A DNA stretch of 64,000 bases, counting the filler, from Gonapodya sp. JEL0774 (taxonomy: Eukaryota), in the NCBI GenBank assembly GCA_027604505.1. It is 19 parts of 19 records of this genome, joined end to end, with 100 filler letters (N's around TTAATTAATTAA, not from the genome) between each part and the next. Parts side by side here need not be neighbours in the genome. Positions count along the whole stretch, not along the records: positions 60,909 to 64,000 come from JADIIX010001476.1; 18 more parts are not named here. One strand, given 5' to 3'. How positions within the stretch are numbered: position 1 is the stretch's first letter; each line of letters opens with the position of its first letter. The notes under the pieces were generated by a model. That model had not been told where the DNA came from. It did not search any database and saw nothing but the letters and a program-made list of their open reading frames with translations. Of the stretch, positions 62,865-64,000 are shown in pieces. The position numbers and the translations under genes were made by a program.

Positions 62865-63419
62865 TTACTCAACATTCACCACATACTCCATGGCTACTCG
62901 TGGTGATAACGAATCCAGTCCCCGTGCCCTCTCACTGTCCACAATATTCCTCAAATGCCCCATTATTTCCCCATCAGAAAGTACGCAAAATCCGAGCTTC
63001 TCATAAAATGGGTGATTCCAAGCGACATCCCGAAAAGTCGTCAATGTCATCTTTTTGAAGTTTTGCGAAGCTGCCCAATTAAGAACCCTCCGAACCAACG
63101 CGGTTCCGATCCCAAGTCTTCCATAGGTAGGATCAACACTGATCTCTGCGAGGTGGGCATGATGCTGATCGAAGACTTCGATCATCGCAAATCCCACTGG
63201 GTGACAGTGAGAGCCACTGATGTCATCCGGGCCAGCGACACGAGCGACCCAAAGCTGGTTCTTCTCGTGTGCCTTCTGGAAGGAGCTCAGTGGCATTTGT
63301 TCGGAGAGGAGACTTTCGGAAATGTATCCGCGGAGGAGATCACCGGCGGTGTCGTCGATGCTGATGAGCTGTGGCAGATCCTCCACGCGGGAGAGAGAGA
63401 TTGAGTAGGATGCGTTCAT
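62865..63419 (-). CDS. GNAT-family acetyltransferase, bacterial type, intronless
   Basis: HLAEISVDPTYGRLGIGTALV (motif A) and LTTFRDVAWNHPFYEKLGF. Confidence 0.88.
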   Translation of the reverse strand: MNASYSISLSRVEDLPQLISIDDTAGDLLRGYISESLLSEQMPLSSFQKAHEKNQLWVARVAGPDDISGSHCHPVGFAMIEVFDQHHAHLAEISVDPTYGRLGIGTALVRRVLNWAASQNFKKMTLTTFRDVAWNHPFYEKLGFCVLSDGEIMGHLRNIVDSERARGLDSLSPRVAMEYVVNVE

Positions 63420-64000
63420 TGGTAAGAATAGAATATCGACTCGTGATTCACTAGAGAATGTTCGAAGCTTCAATTGAGCGACGCTCAGGCAGGTGAGATG
63501 GCGTGCGGGATGAATTACGACACCTCACTCGCCAACCGGCAAGTCACTCGCCGGTCGTTGATTCCATCTCATGAAAACTCCACAAAGCACATCTCTATCG
63601 ATATAGCGCAGTCCCCCTCGAAGGCCGTAACTGCAATTTTCGATAAAGTGTATACTTTTTCGAATGTAACATGTCCGTCCGATGATCTGATTCGGGACGT
63701 GTAAGGCGTCCAAGATAGGGTAACAAATTTACATGTAATCTGGTCTGAACTCCAGCGACTTCAGCGGCGTCAGCTCACTGATACGGACAGATCATAAAGT
63801 ATTATTTGTATACTAGAAAGAGGTCGATGGGAGACCGAAATCATTGGTCTATTCTCATGGAAGGCATTCCAGTCATGCTGTGCAGGAGCAGGAGTCACCA
63901 AGTGACCGACGAAGGGCCGGTTTTAGAGCGGAGAAAGATCGAAATCTCTCCGCTGCATGCAAGGACGTCATACAAATTCTGAAATTCACACGCGAACCCA

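Overview
This is not a contiguous locus. It is a pseudo-scaffold of 19 unrelated ~3.3 kb contigs, sorted by decreasing length (about 3310 to 3260 bp) and joined by 100-nt N/TTAATTAATTAA/N linkers, so gene neighbourhoods across linkers carry no meaning. The DNA is eukaryotic, with short GT-AG introns. Gene content (Crinkler effector, cobalamin-dependent MetH, F-box/ankyrin, fungal transcription factor, Ty3/Gypsy) suggests an early-diverging, probably zoosporic, fungus (inference). Recognisable housekeeping genes are Snu66/SART1, UTP7, DED1/DDX3, SNIP1/PML1, mitochondrial uS7, an OBG GTPase, a UCP4-like carrier and an alkaline ceramidase. Most notable: (1) a spliced C-terminal fragment of a DEG/ENaC/ASIC-like ion channel that the ORF track shows only in part; (2) a Crinkler gene with a ubiquitin-like header, a 51-bp tandem coiled-coil/beta-layer-like repeat and a PD-(D/E)XK nuclease domain, next to a 20-21 bp repeat array; (3) an LTR element with an extra 3' ORF, apparently inserted in an SDR exon; (4) several bacterial-type genes, some with introns (YccU-like CoA-binding protein, LiaF/DUF2154-like protein, GH29, GNAT). 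All homology calls come from motif recognition by eye; no searches were run.
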